DNA of 64,000 nt from Anaeramoeba ignava BMAN (GCA_028826165.1 JAPDFW010000094.1:124001-188000), one strand, 5' to 3'; positions 49,259-61,789 are shown, counted from the stretch's first letter. The notes: generated by a model not told the origin, from the letters alone. Translations and numbers: made by a program.

Positions 49259-52200
49259 ATGACAACTGAAACAAAACAAGAAACAATAACAAAAGAACCA
49301 CAATCACAAATAGTATTACAAGGGTGGCTCATGAAACAATCACCTTCACGAATTTTTGCGAATTGGAAGAAGCGGTGGTTTGAAGCTCAACCACCTTATT
49401 TATATTATTTCAAAGACATAGAAATGGCAGAATCACTAGGATCCATTTACATTCCAAACATAACGAGCATAAAAACAGTCACATCGACCTCATCACGAGC
49501 AAAGCAGACATCTTTCCAAATTGTGATACCCACGCGAACATATAATCTGCGGACAGAGACAAAGCAACAATGCGATGATTGGATCCAACAATTGAAAAAT
49601 CTTTTCAACAATTCAATGGCAAAAAAAGACGTCAATCCAGAAATTGGCGAAGAAAACATAGAGTTCTCAGGTGAGTTATTTGCGTACAGAAAGATCAAGC
49701 TCCATAAAACATGGTATCCCTGTTTCTGTGCTTTGAGAGAATTTCCTATTTTATTTTGTTATTTTGACAGCAATTTTTCAAAAGTGGATCAACGTATTCA
49801 TTTGAATAAAGTCACTCATATTCAAAACGTTCCACAAGACCGTTTCCAAAAGCCGAATGTGTTTGAAATTAAATCTTCTAATCAATCGTTTTTCTTTCAG
49901 GGAAATGATTTCTCAACAGTTCAAAAATGGATTCAAGAAATCGGAAAAATTATTGAATTATATAAATCAACTTCAAAATTGCAATCTCATAAACAGCTTG
50001 TCAGGAGAAGCTTTTCTGTCACAGATTCTCTTAGAAATCAATCCACACAGAAATTACCAAGGCAAATGTCTCTTGATAATCTTCCTGATGAATTCAAGAC
50101 TGAGCCTCAAATCAAAAGTAGGCTTGCTCAACAGATACAAAGTGATAATTGGAATTTGGATTCCCAGAATGATAATAATAGTACTGTTGTGCAGATACAA
50201 CATGGAGATGGAAATTTAGTTAAAATTGAAGTTCAAAATGAAAATGAAAATGAGAATCAAAATTTAAATGAAAATCAAAATCAAAATCAAAATCAAAATC
50301 AAAATCAAAATCAAAATCAAATCAAAAATCAAAATCAAAAATCAAAATCAAAAATGAAATTAAAAATGAAATTAAAAATGAAATTAAAAATGAAATCAAA
50401 AATGAAATCAATAATGGAAATCAAAAAAATCTCATAGAAACAATCGAGTTTCTTAATTTCGAAGAAGATTCACCACTTGGTGAAGAACCTGTTGTTATCT
50501 ACAAACAAACACCAAAACTCGAAACACCAAATCCAAATGATCTAAGTTTAGATCAAGCAAAAGGATTTTTCCAAATAAAAAAAATCAACAATGAAACAAG
50601 TCCACCAACAAAAAAGAAAGAAGAAAACTATGAGAAAGTTGGAGAAAACCAAATTTTATTAAAGGTTTCAATACCGTCAATACAAAGTACAAAAACAGTT
50701 CTTGTATCAGCAAATTTGACAGTTCAAGAAACTAAAAAATTAGTTGCCAAAAAAATTCATCCACCGCTTTCAGATAACGAAGTGGATTCATTATTTCTTG
50801 TGGTGCCAGGTTCCGAAGATGAGGAACGTGCACCGATTTTTATGCTTGAATCAGAACCTTTATATTCTTATCAAATTGATAAGCAAGACTACTTGGAATT
50901 ACTGGATAAATTTGAGGCTGTTCAATCAGGCGCATCAAATCATCTCATGATCCGTATAAATATACCGACAAAGATGGTTATCAAAACAATCCAATTCGAG
51001 AGTACAAACAAAGTTGCGGATATCAAGCCAATTTTACTGAAGAAAAAATTGTGTTCGCAACAAGAATTTGTCACTCATTCATTTTTTGTCCAACCTTCAT
51101 CACGCTTCCCAATAGGGTGTAAAATGAATGATTTGCTCATGATCTCATCGTACAAACTAAGTGCGACCCGAGACCTTATTGACTTTAAATTTGACGATCT
51201 TCAAAACGAAGATGCAGCCAATTTGAAAAAAGTGCTGTCAAATTTCGGAATTTCTGGATCGCTTTATTTTCTTCTTCAATTCGGGCATGAATGGATCCGC
51301 GGGTTCTTGAACCTTCAGTTCCCGTTCCTCAATGTGTATTCTTATTTAGGCGCACAAGATCCTGTACTTTCCATTTATCTTTCAGATGTGTCTGTCAAAC
51401 GGACACTTTTTGACAATGGAGAATTGCTTATTAACAAAACTCGATATCATTTAGTTTTTGAAAACTCACAAAACGAAGGTCCAACAAACACAACAGACTC
51501 ATTTTATCTCGACACAGATACTGAAGCCACACCAATGGTACGTGTCAACAAGGAAACGCTTATTGATTTGGGTTTTTGTTTTGAGGTTACTCACGGAACA
51601 CAAATTTTGATCATCTCATGCGAAAATAAGGAGCAGAAACGCAAATGGGTCGAACAGATCACTTGGGCAACCAAACTTGTTGATATCTCCAAATCTATTG
51701 ATATGTTCGGCAACCTTAAAAAGCCGAGCATTCAAAATCCTGTTCGAGAAAATGAGAACATTCAAAATTCCCGAAAATTGCAAAATCAACTTGAAGGATA
51801 TTTACTGCGTCTGTTCACACAAGAAAATAAAGAGATTTGGCAGAAGCTTTGGTTCTCTGTCAAAGATGACAATTTATGCTGCTTCACTAACAAGAGGGAT
51901 TCTGAACCTCTTGAATTTGTGCCACTTACTAATATTGCCAACATTGAAATTGGCAAAAAATATTCAAAATATAAAGATTTATTCACTAGTTTTTTGATTA
52001 ATTTCGAATCAATAAAATCAATCGATCCATGGGTTCTTCTTGCAAAGGATATCACAGAACAAGAGAATTGGGTGCGCGGATTGGAAATTTTGAAGTATCA
52101 TATGATCTTTAAAGAAATAGATGAAGAAGAAACACAAAATCTTGATGACCAACTCTTTCACAACATGGCTAATCAAGATTCAAAACAAAACCCCACAATC

Positions 52201-55200
52201 ATGAATCAAATTCTCAATAGCGGGAATAAAACCAACCACAGAGATCCGCAGAAGGATCGATTAAGCTTTTGGAAATCGATCCAAAACAAAACAAATGAAA
52301 ACACAAACATTAATTCTCCAAAAGAACCGTTAAAACTCGAAGATTCTGAGAACGTCAAAATATCAATTGGGCAAAGTAAATCTGAAGAGAAAATAAGTCA
52401 ATACGTTCAGGGAATCCCCTGGGATTATATTAAAGTTGGTGATAAAACCCATCAAATTTTACCTCTTCTTCATTTCGATGATAAAATGATGAATTGTTTA
52501 ATAAGATCTGAACGGATCTCAGTTATTGTGAATCCTCAGGATATATTCCGACAAAGAGATCGTGTATTGATTCAGATTTCTCCCCAATTAGCAATGCAAC
52601 AAGTCGAGTTTTCTGAGGATTCTGTTCGGCAGGATTGCGTTTATATTGCCGAAGTCAAAAGAACTGGTGATATTTTTGAACAAATTTGGGAAATTTTCCA
52701 ATGGAATGGTGTTAATTCATCACGAATTCAAAGAGCAAAAGGCTCTGCTATATTATCTGAGATTAGTAATGTAGAAGGATCTGAGATGAATGAATATTTA
52801 GAGAAACAAAATATAAATACAAATATAAATACAAATACAAATTCAAATTCAAATTCAAATTCAAATACAAATTCAAATTCAAATTCAAATAATATGAAAA
52901 ATCAAAATCAAGAAATGTTCAAAAATCATATTTTGGATTCTTCTTTAATTAAGGAAAAATCAGAAGAAAAAAATATCCATAGAAGCAGTGAAAGCACAGA
53001 AGAAAGTAACACAGAAGACATATCAAATAGAGAAAGTACATCATTTAACTCATCATCCCTACAAAGAAGCATGTCTTTTTATCCATCAAAAATACACATT
53101 TTAACTCAAAATTCTGACGATTGTACAGCATTTTGGGATCTTTTCAACATGAACAAACCACCAACAAAATATGCAGACCAAAAAACCAACTCAATAAACC
53201 CTGATGAAGAACCTAAATTGATGAGAATCTACCGCATAGGAAAAGGCAAAACAAGAAGCATTGAGTGTATAAAAGAAGGAAGATGGGATCAAATTAGCAA
53301 ATGTGTTTTGGAAACAAGTTTCTGCTATGTTGTTGATACCAAAAATGAGCTATTTATTTGGATGGGAAACGGAGCTAATTCTTCACAACGAAAGCTTGTC
53401 GTCAAATTTGGCAAGGCTATTAAGCTTCTGTTGTCCCGTCCTTCAAGCTGCTTTTCAATGATTGTGATTGAAAATAAGGAGCATGTTTTATTTAAAGAAA
53501 AATTCTATGATTTTTCAACAAGATTTTCAAACAATTTATATTCAAATTTGTTCGATGAAATGAACAAAAAAAAATCTACACAAAATAACGAGGATAATAC
53601 AATCCAAAAATTATCGACAGATTTCTGCTCAAATGAAGTTGTTTCAAAAGTGATCAAAGATTTTATTAACAGAACTGAAAATCCCCTTAAAAAAACAACT
53701 CAAGAAACAACACAAAAGAAAAAAATTGATGCTCAAAAATCAAATCTTTGTGTCTGGGTAATCAACAAAGAAACTCGGGAAATTGAGGAATTTGACAACG
53801 AAATGTACGGACATTTCTTTTCAAACGATAATTATCTCGTTTTTTTCGAAATGAATAATAAAACATACTTAGTTTTATGGGAAGGACTCGATGCCATCAA
53901 AATTGGGCACGAAGCACTTGAAAAAATCACACAAAATCCCTTAGTATATACCAAATACTCTGATCAACCGCAAGAACCTGATCTCCAATTCATCATAAAA
54001 CAACAACACGAACCAGAATATTTTTTACAGCAATTTAACAACCAAATTATTATTCACAAAACAACAAACCGTCTGGGAAACCCTGACAATTACATGTTCC
54101 ACATAAAAACTCGAGCACAAAGTTCGAGCACAATAGTTGTTGAAGTGGATCCAATTTCCCAATGGCTGAACTCAGAAGATTGCTTTGTTGTTCAAGGTGA
54201 TGAATTCCAATTTCTTTGGATCGGCAAATTTTTTGATACAAAATTTCTTATTAACGGAAAACGTATTTGCCTTCAATTGATGGGAGAACCAATTGATTTG
54301 ACAACTAGTGAAAATGAAATAAATGAACAACTTGAACAGGCAAATTTCCAAATTATTTATGAATCTCACGAACCAAAAGAATTTTGGAATCTTTTAAATG
54401 GAAAAAAAGAATTTTTGGCGTTGGATTACGATCCGCATAAAGAAAAACAGCCAAGACTTTTTATGTTTGTATCAGTCACAGATTCCCAACAATCACTTCA
54501 AAAAGAAAATCTTTCAAAAGAAAATGATGAAATTCAAACAAAAACAGTTCAAAAAACGCCTATTGCCACAAAAGAATCCCGAGATGTTTCCAATGATACA
54601 AAACCTTGCTATTTCAATGAGATTCGCGATTTTATGCAGGACAATCTCGATGAGAAGAATATCTACTTCTTGATTTCAAAGGAAGGTTTTCTTGTTTGGA
54701 TTGGACAACATTCAAAATTAACGGATCTGGAACTACTTTATATTGTTTGTCAAGAAATCTCCACAAAACATTCACAAGATGTTTTCTTCATTTGGCAATT
54801 TTCTGAGCCCATCATTTTCTCAAGACATTTCCATGGATGGAGCACATCAAGATTTCCTGAAGATCGTCGACAACCGCCATCAATTCATTCGCAAAATCAA
54901 TTGCTTACAAACAGTGAATTTTTATTTAAAAAAATTGAGGAGCAAAAATCAGATACTTTTAGTTATGAGAAGCTTCTAATCATCGCAACAACTTTATTTG
55001 ATGAGAATTATAATTTGCAAGATCCTTCTCAGGATGCTTTGATTGTTAAGAAACTTGGTTTTGATTTCAAATCAAATGAATTTTATCGAAATTGTTTAGA
55101 AAATTATTTATCAAAATTGGAATTTTTTGAGATTTTTAAAATGAATTTTGAAGATTTTCAAGAATTAAAGGAAGAAGAGAAGAATTTATTGAAGAAGAAA

Positions 55201-55215
55201 TATTATTTACTTTAA
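49259..55215 (+). CDS. Large actin-binding protein: PH-PH-(Ubl/FERM-F0-like x2)-PH-PH-gelsolin repeats-villin headpiece; apparent frameshift in the NQ tract at ~50320-50345
   Basis: PH: QGWLMKQ...WKKRWF...CDDWIQQL and EGYLLR..WQKLWF..ENWVRGL. Gelsolin: CYVVDTKNELFIWMG, YGHFFSNDNYLV, LNSEDCFVV..FLWIG, ESHEPKEFW, EPIIFSRHFHGW. Headpiece: LENYLSKLEFFEIFKMNFEDF..LKKKYYLL. Confidence 0.8.
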
Positions 55216-55429
55216 AATTTGATTTAATTCTAAATACAATATCAAATATATTAACAATATCAAATATAAATTTCAAATGATTTTGATATGATTTGATTTG
55301 AAAAAGTGGAACAAAAACAGAACAATTTTCTTTTTTCTTTTTTCTTTTTGTTTCTTTAAAAATCGGACAGTTTTTTTTTTTTTCTTTTTCTTTTTTAACA
55401 AAATCTTTTTTAATAAATTTGAACTTGAT

Positions 55430-56885
55430 TTTAATTATTATTTTAATTTAAAATAAACTTAATTATTATTTATTTCAAATAAACTTAATTATCATTTAAT
55501 TTAATAAAAAAAGTGGAACAAAATATGTTAATTATTATTTAATCTAAATAAACAAAGTGGAACAAAATATGTTAATTATTTTTTATTCTTTAAATTTAAT
55601 TTAAATAAACATCTTAATTATTATTTTAATTTAAAATAAACTTAATTATCATTTAATTTAATAAAAAAAGTGGAACAAAATATGTTAATTATTTTTTATT
55701 CTTTAAATTTAATTCAAATAAACATCTTAATTATTTAATTTAAAATAAACTTAATTATTTTTAATTTAATAAAAAGTGGAACAAAATATGTTAATTATTT
55801 TTATTCTTTAAATTTAATTAAATAAACATCTTATTATTTTAATCTAAATAAACAAAGTGGAACAAAATATGTTAATTATTTTTATTCTTTAAATTTAATT
55901 AAATAAACATGTTAATTATTATTTAATTTAATAAAAAGTGGAACAAAAATAAGTTAATTATTTTTATTCTTTAAATTTAATTCAAATAAACTTAATTATT
56001 ATTTAATTTAATAAAAAAAAGTGGAACAAAATATGTTAATTATTTTTATTCTTTAAATTTAATTTAAAATAAACTTAATTATTATTTAATTTAATAAAAA
56101 AGTGGAACAAAATATGTTAATTATTTTTATTCTTAATTATTATTTAATTCAATAAATATCTTAATTATTATTTAATTCTTTAAATCTAATTCAAATAAAC
56201 TTAATTATTATTTAATTTAATAAAAAGTGGAACAAAATATGTTAATTATTTTTATTCTTTAAATTTAATTCAAATAAATATCTTAATTATTATTTAATTC
56301 AAATAAATATCTTAATTATTATTTAATTTAATAAACAAAGTGGAACAAAATATGTTAATTATTTTTATTCTTTAAAATTAAAATTAAACATTTTAATTAT
56401 TATTTAATTTAATAAAAAGTGGAACAAAATAATTAATTATTATTTATTCTTTAAAATTTAATTTAAATAAACTTAATTATTATTTAATTTAATAAAAAGA
56501 TGGAACAAAATATGTTAATTATTTTTATTCTTTAAATTTAAAAATAAACTTAATTATTATTTAATTTAATAAAAGAATTATTATTTATTCTTAATTATTA
56601 TTTAATTTAAATAAACTTAATTATTATTTAATTTAATAAAAAAAGTGGAACAAAATATGTTAATTAATTTTTATTCTTTAAATTTAATTCAAATAAACAT
56701 TTTAATTATTATTTAATTAAATAAACATCTTAATTATTATTTAATCTAAATAAACAAAGTGGAACAAAATATGTTAATTAATTTTTATTCTTTAAATTTA
56801 ATTCAAATAAATATCTTAATTATTATTTAATTCAAATAAACAAAGTGGAACAAAATATGTTAATTATTTTTTATTCTTTAAATCA
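55430..56885. repeat. Intergenic tandem repeat built on AAAGTGGAACAAAATATGTTAATTATT
   Basis: The motif recurs about 15 times with variable AT spacers (period about 45-150 bp). Confidence 0.9.
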
Positions 56886-56959
56886 ATTAAAAAAAAATTT
56901 TTTTTTCTTTGTTTTTTTTTTTCATTTTTTTCACATTTAAAAATTAATTTTTTTAAGTG

Positions 56960-59900
56960 ATGTCACATTTTAAAGAATATTTAAAACCTACAATTTTTCA
57001 AACAGATGAAGAAATAGTTCAAGCAGTAGTTCAAAAAATAAAAGCTTTGTTGGAATCAAAAAAAGAAAAAATAGTTCTTGGACTTCCAACTGGAAGTACT
57101 CCTTTAGGTGTTTATCAAGAATTAGTTAGATTGCATAAAGAAGAAAATTTAGATTTATCAAGGTTTATTTTTATAAATAATTTTATAAATAATTTTATAA
57201 ATAATTTTATATTTAATTTTATAAATAATTTTATAAATAATTTTATAAATAATTTTATAATTAATTTTATAATTAATTTTATAATTAATTTTATAAATAA
57301 TTTTATATATAATTTTATTAATAATATTATAAATAATTTTATATTTAATTTTATAAATAATTTTATATATAATTTTATATATAATTTTATATATAATTTT
57401 ATATATAATTTTATAAATAATTTTATAAATAATTTTATATATAATTTTATAAATAATTTAATAAATAATTTTATATTTAATTTTATAAATAATTTTATAT
57501 TTAATTTTATAATTAATTTTATAAATAATTTTATAATTAATTTTATAATTAATTTTATAAATAATTTTATAAATAATTTTATAATTAATTTTAATAAATA
57601 ATTTTATAAATAATTTTATAAATAATTTTATAAATAATTTTATAAATAATTTTATATTTAATTTAATAAATAATTTAATAAATAATTTTATAAATAATTA
57701 ATTTTATAGTATAATTTTTATAAATAATTTTATAATTAATTTTATTAATAATTTTATAAATAATTTTATAATTAATTTTATAAATAATTTTATAAATAAT
57801 TTTATAAATAATATTATAAATAATTTTATAAATAATTTTATAAATAATTTTATAAATAATTTTATAAATAATTTTATAAATAATTTTATATTTAATTTTA
57901 TAAATAATATTATAGATTAGTTACATTTAATTTAGATGAATATTTTCCAATGGATTCTAAAAATCCACAATCATATACTTCTTATATGTTTAAACATCTT
58001 TTTGATCATATTAACATTGATAAGAAAAATATTCATATTCCAAATGGAATGATTGGAGAAGATGTAATTAATGAATATTGCCAAGAATATGAAAAACAAA
58101 TTGAAGAAGCAGGTGGTTTAGATTTAGGTATTTAAAATTTTCATTTTCTTTTTTAAAAAAATCATACTAAATTTTTTTTTAATATTTTCTTTTCAATAAA
58201 ATTTAGTTCTTTTAGGAATTGGACGGTAAATCAACATATCTTTAAATCCAAAAATATATATAAATTCAACATATCTATTTAAATTCAAAAATATATTTAA
58301 ATCCAAAAATATATTTAAATTCAACAATATATTTAAATTCAAAAATATATTTAAATTCAAAAATATATTTAAATTCAAAAATATATTTAAATCCAAAAAT
58401 ATATTTAAATTCAAAATATATATATAAATCCAAAAATATATTTAAATTCAAAAATATATTTAAATTCAAAAATATATTTAAATTCAAAATATATATATAA
58501 ATCCAAAAATATATAAATTCAAAAATATATTTATAAATTCAAAAATATATTTAAATTCAAAAATATATTTAAATTCAAAAAATATATAAATTCAAAAAAT
58601 ATATATAAATCAAAAATATATTTAAATTCAACATATCTATTTAAATTCAAAAATATATTTAAATTCAAAAATATATTTAAATTCAAAAATATATATAAAT
58701 TCAAAAATATTTATAAATTCAAAAATATATATAAATTCAACATATCTATTTAAATCCAATAATATATATAAATTCAAAAATATATTTAAATTCAAAAATA
58801 TATTTAAATTCAAAAATATATATAAATCTAAAAATATATATATAAATTCAAAAATATATTTAAATTCAAAAATATATTTAAATTCAAAAATATATTTAAA
58901 TTCAAAAATATATTTAGTTCTGGGCATATTGGTGTAAAAAAAGAATAATAATAATAATTTCAAAAATCATTTCAAAAAATATTTAAGAAACCATTTCAAA
59001 ACTAAGTTTAATGAACCAGGAAGTTTTTTTGATTCAAGAACTCGATTAGTTGTACTTGATGAAACAACAAGAAGAGATGCAGCTGGTGGTTTTTTTGGGA
59101 TAGAAAAAGTACCCAAATTAGCAATAACTGTAAGTATCAAAATAAAAGGAAAAAAAATATATGAAAAAAAATAAATTAAATATATTTAAATTTAGATGGG
59201 AATTGGAACTATTCTTTCATCAAAAGAAATCATTTTACTTGCAACAGGTGAACATAAAGCACTAATAGTGAAGCAATTAATCGAAGAAAAAGCATCTCGT
59301 AAAATCCCTGCAACATTTTTACATAGTCATCCTAATACTCACATCTTTCTTGATTCGTAAATTAATCAAAATTTTTTGTTCCACTTTTTTTCTAAAAAAA
59401 CCGTTTTTTTTTTGATCCTTTTTTTTCAAAAACAAAATTAATTTTTATTGAGTGTTTTTAAAATATTTATGAGTTTGAATTCTTAAATTAAAATTCTGTA
59501 ATTCATTTGTTTTTGGCCTTGATAATTTTTATTGGGATTTTTAGTTCATCAGCTGGAGAATTATCAAGAATTAAAAGACCTTGGCTTATCAAAGAAATTG
59601 TTTGGAATAATCTAATGAAGAAAAGAGCTGTTGTTTATGTTTCTCAGAAACTCAAAAAAGCCATTTTGGAGTTGGATACTGCTGATTATTTTGAGAATTT
59701 TTTACATAGACTTATTCATAAATATGAAGATAATGCTGATTTAGTTTCTTTATCTGTTTTTGAAGATTTGAACCAGAAAATTTTGTATCCTTCTAAACTT
59801 TTAAAGAATGAAAGGATTATTTTTTTCTCTCCTCATCCAGATGATGATGTGATTTGTTGTGGTATTTTTTTGAATTGAATCAAATATTTAATAATATTTA

Positions 59901-61426
59901 ATATTATTTTAATAATATTTAATAATATTTAATAATATTTAATATTTAATAATATTTTAATATTTTAATATTTAATATTAAATAATTAAATATTATTTAA
60001 TATTTAATATTATTTTAATATTTAATATTTAATAATATTTTAATATTTTAATATTTAATATTAAATAATTAAATATTATTTAATATTTAATATTATTTTA
60101 ATATTTAATATTTAATAATATTTAATAATATTTAGTATTTAATATTATTTATTATTTAATATTTTAATAATATTTAATAATATTTAATAATATTTTAATA
60201 TTTAATAATATTTAATAATATTTAATAATATTATATATTTAATATTATTTTAATATTTAATATTTAATAATATTTAATTATTTAATATTTAATATTTAAT
60301 ATTTAATATTTTGTAGGAGGAATGATGTACAAATTAAACCAAATGAATCAAGTAACTGTTGCTTATATGACAAACGGATCAGTTTCAGTTCCAGATTCAC
60401 ATGCAATTAAAGAAATCCGATTAATGAAAGGCATAACGGAAATTGATCCAAAATTAATCGAAATTGAAAAGAGTTTAGAAAAACCAGAAAAAAATAAAGA
60501 AAAAGAATTAGATTCTGAAATGCTTCAAAAACTCAAAACGAAAGTACGAGAAACTGAAGCACTTTCTGCGATTGAACAACTAAATTACAGTATCAAACAA
60601 GCAAGATTTTTAGATCTTCCATTTTACAAAACAGGTGGTATCAAAAAAAAAGCCATTTCAAATAGAGATTATGAAATTGTTTTGAACCTTTTTGAGGAGA
60701 TATTACCAACCCATATATTTGTTGCTGGCGATTTAACTGACCCGCATGGTACTCATCGCAAGTGTTATGATATTATTAATAAAGCTTTCCAAATTTTTTC
60801 TCAAAAATATTCTGATGATCCTGTCAAAAAACCTCCAATTATTTGGCTTTATAGAGGTGCTTGGGAAGAGTTTCCAATTGAGGAAGTTGATGCTTTCCTT
60901 CCTCTCTCAAAGTCTGATTTGGAATTGAAAGTTGATGCTATTCTCAAACATCAAAGCCAAAAGGATCGAGCAATGTTTCCTGTATAAAATTTAATTTTAA
61001 AAATTTAATTTAAAATTTAATTTTAAAAATTTAATTTAAAATTTAATTTAAAATCTAATTTAAAATTTAATATAAAATCTAATTTAAAATTTGATATAAA
61101 ATTTAATAAAATCTAATATAAAATTTAATTTAAAATTTAATTTAAAACCTAATATAAAATCTAATATAAAATTTAATTTAAAATTTAATTTAAAATCTAT
61201 TCAAAAATTTTTTTCCGATTTATTTAGGGAGTTGATTCTAGAGAATTTTGGCAAAGAGCAAGAGATAGAAATCTTGAAACTGCTCGTCTTTTAAGTGAAA
61301 TTGGTTTGTTTTTATTTTTTAAATTAAATTTATATTTGATTTATATTTGATTTATATTTATATTTAGGTTTACCAAAATTTTTTGCTATTGAAGCTTTTC
61401 AAATTAAAAAACAATTCGATAATTAA
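56960..61426 (+). CDS. nagB: Long-form glucosamine-6-phosphate deaminase: NagB fused to a PIG-L/LmbE-type deacetylase domain, 10 exons
   Basis: VLGLPTGSTPLGVYQEL, VTFNLDEY, GGLDL|VLLGIGR|SGHIG|FNEPGS, AIT|MGIGTIL and IILLATGEHKA. Then FSPHPDDDVI, AYMTNG, FLDLPFYKTG, VAGDLTDPHGTH, WLYRGAW, HQSQKD and DSREFWQRARDRN. Confidence 0.95.
57163..57915. repeat. NagB intron 1 filled by 12-bp ATAAATAATTTT
   Basis: GT at 57163 to AG at 57915. Confidence 0.92.
58226..58917. repeat. NagB intron 3 filled by 18-bp AAATTCAAAAATATATTT
   Basis: The last unit ends directly in the acceptor (aatatatttAG). Confidence 0.92.
59862..60316. repeat. NagB intron 7 filled by AATAATATTT-type units
   Basis: GT at 59862 to AG at 60316. 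Confidence 0.9.
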
Positions 61427-61789
61427 ATTTCTTTCTTCTTTCTTCTTTTAAAAATTTTAAAAAATCAAAAATTAAAAAAAAGGAAATTAATAAAATTTTA
61501 AAATCAAAATTTTTCTTTTCAAAAAAAAAAAATTTGGAAATTTATTTCTTGTTTGTGAAGAAGAAAGAAAAAATTGGAACAAATTAGAAATTATTAAGAA
61601 ATTAATTAATTAAGAAAGAAAGAAAGAAAGAAATTAAAAATTAAAAATTAAAAATTAAATTTTGAAAATTAAAATGAAATTTAAAAAATTAAAATTTGAA
61701 ATTTGAAAAAAAAAAATGAAAATTAAAAGAAAGATCACAAACTTGAAAAAAAAACCAAAAAGAATCCAATCAAAAAAAAAAATCAAATC

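Noticed and set aside
6990-50350. Frameshifts in GTF3C1 (~6995, ~11340), DUF4139-SPRY (~16262), RCC1-BTB copy 1 tail (~19515), XRN1 (~34348) and the villin-like gene (~50320-50345) as programmed frameshifting or pseudogenes
   Set aside because: All fall in A-homopolymers or microsatellites and are repaired by about one base (e.g. gaaaagaaaaag to GAA AAA GAA AAA). There is no shared slippery-stop motif, and essential genes are affected. This is typical of long-read consensus error.
55430-56885. AAGTGGAACAAAATATGTTAATTATT repeats with variable spacers as a CRISPR-like array
   Set aside because: The spacers are variants of one another and almost pure AT, there are no cas genes, and the context is eukaryotic. 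It is a degenerate minisatellite.
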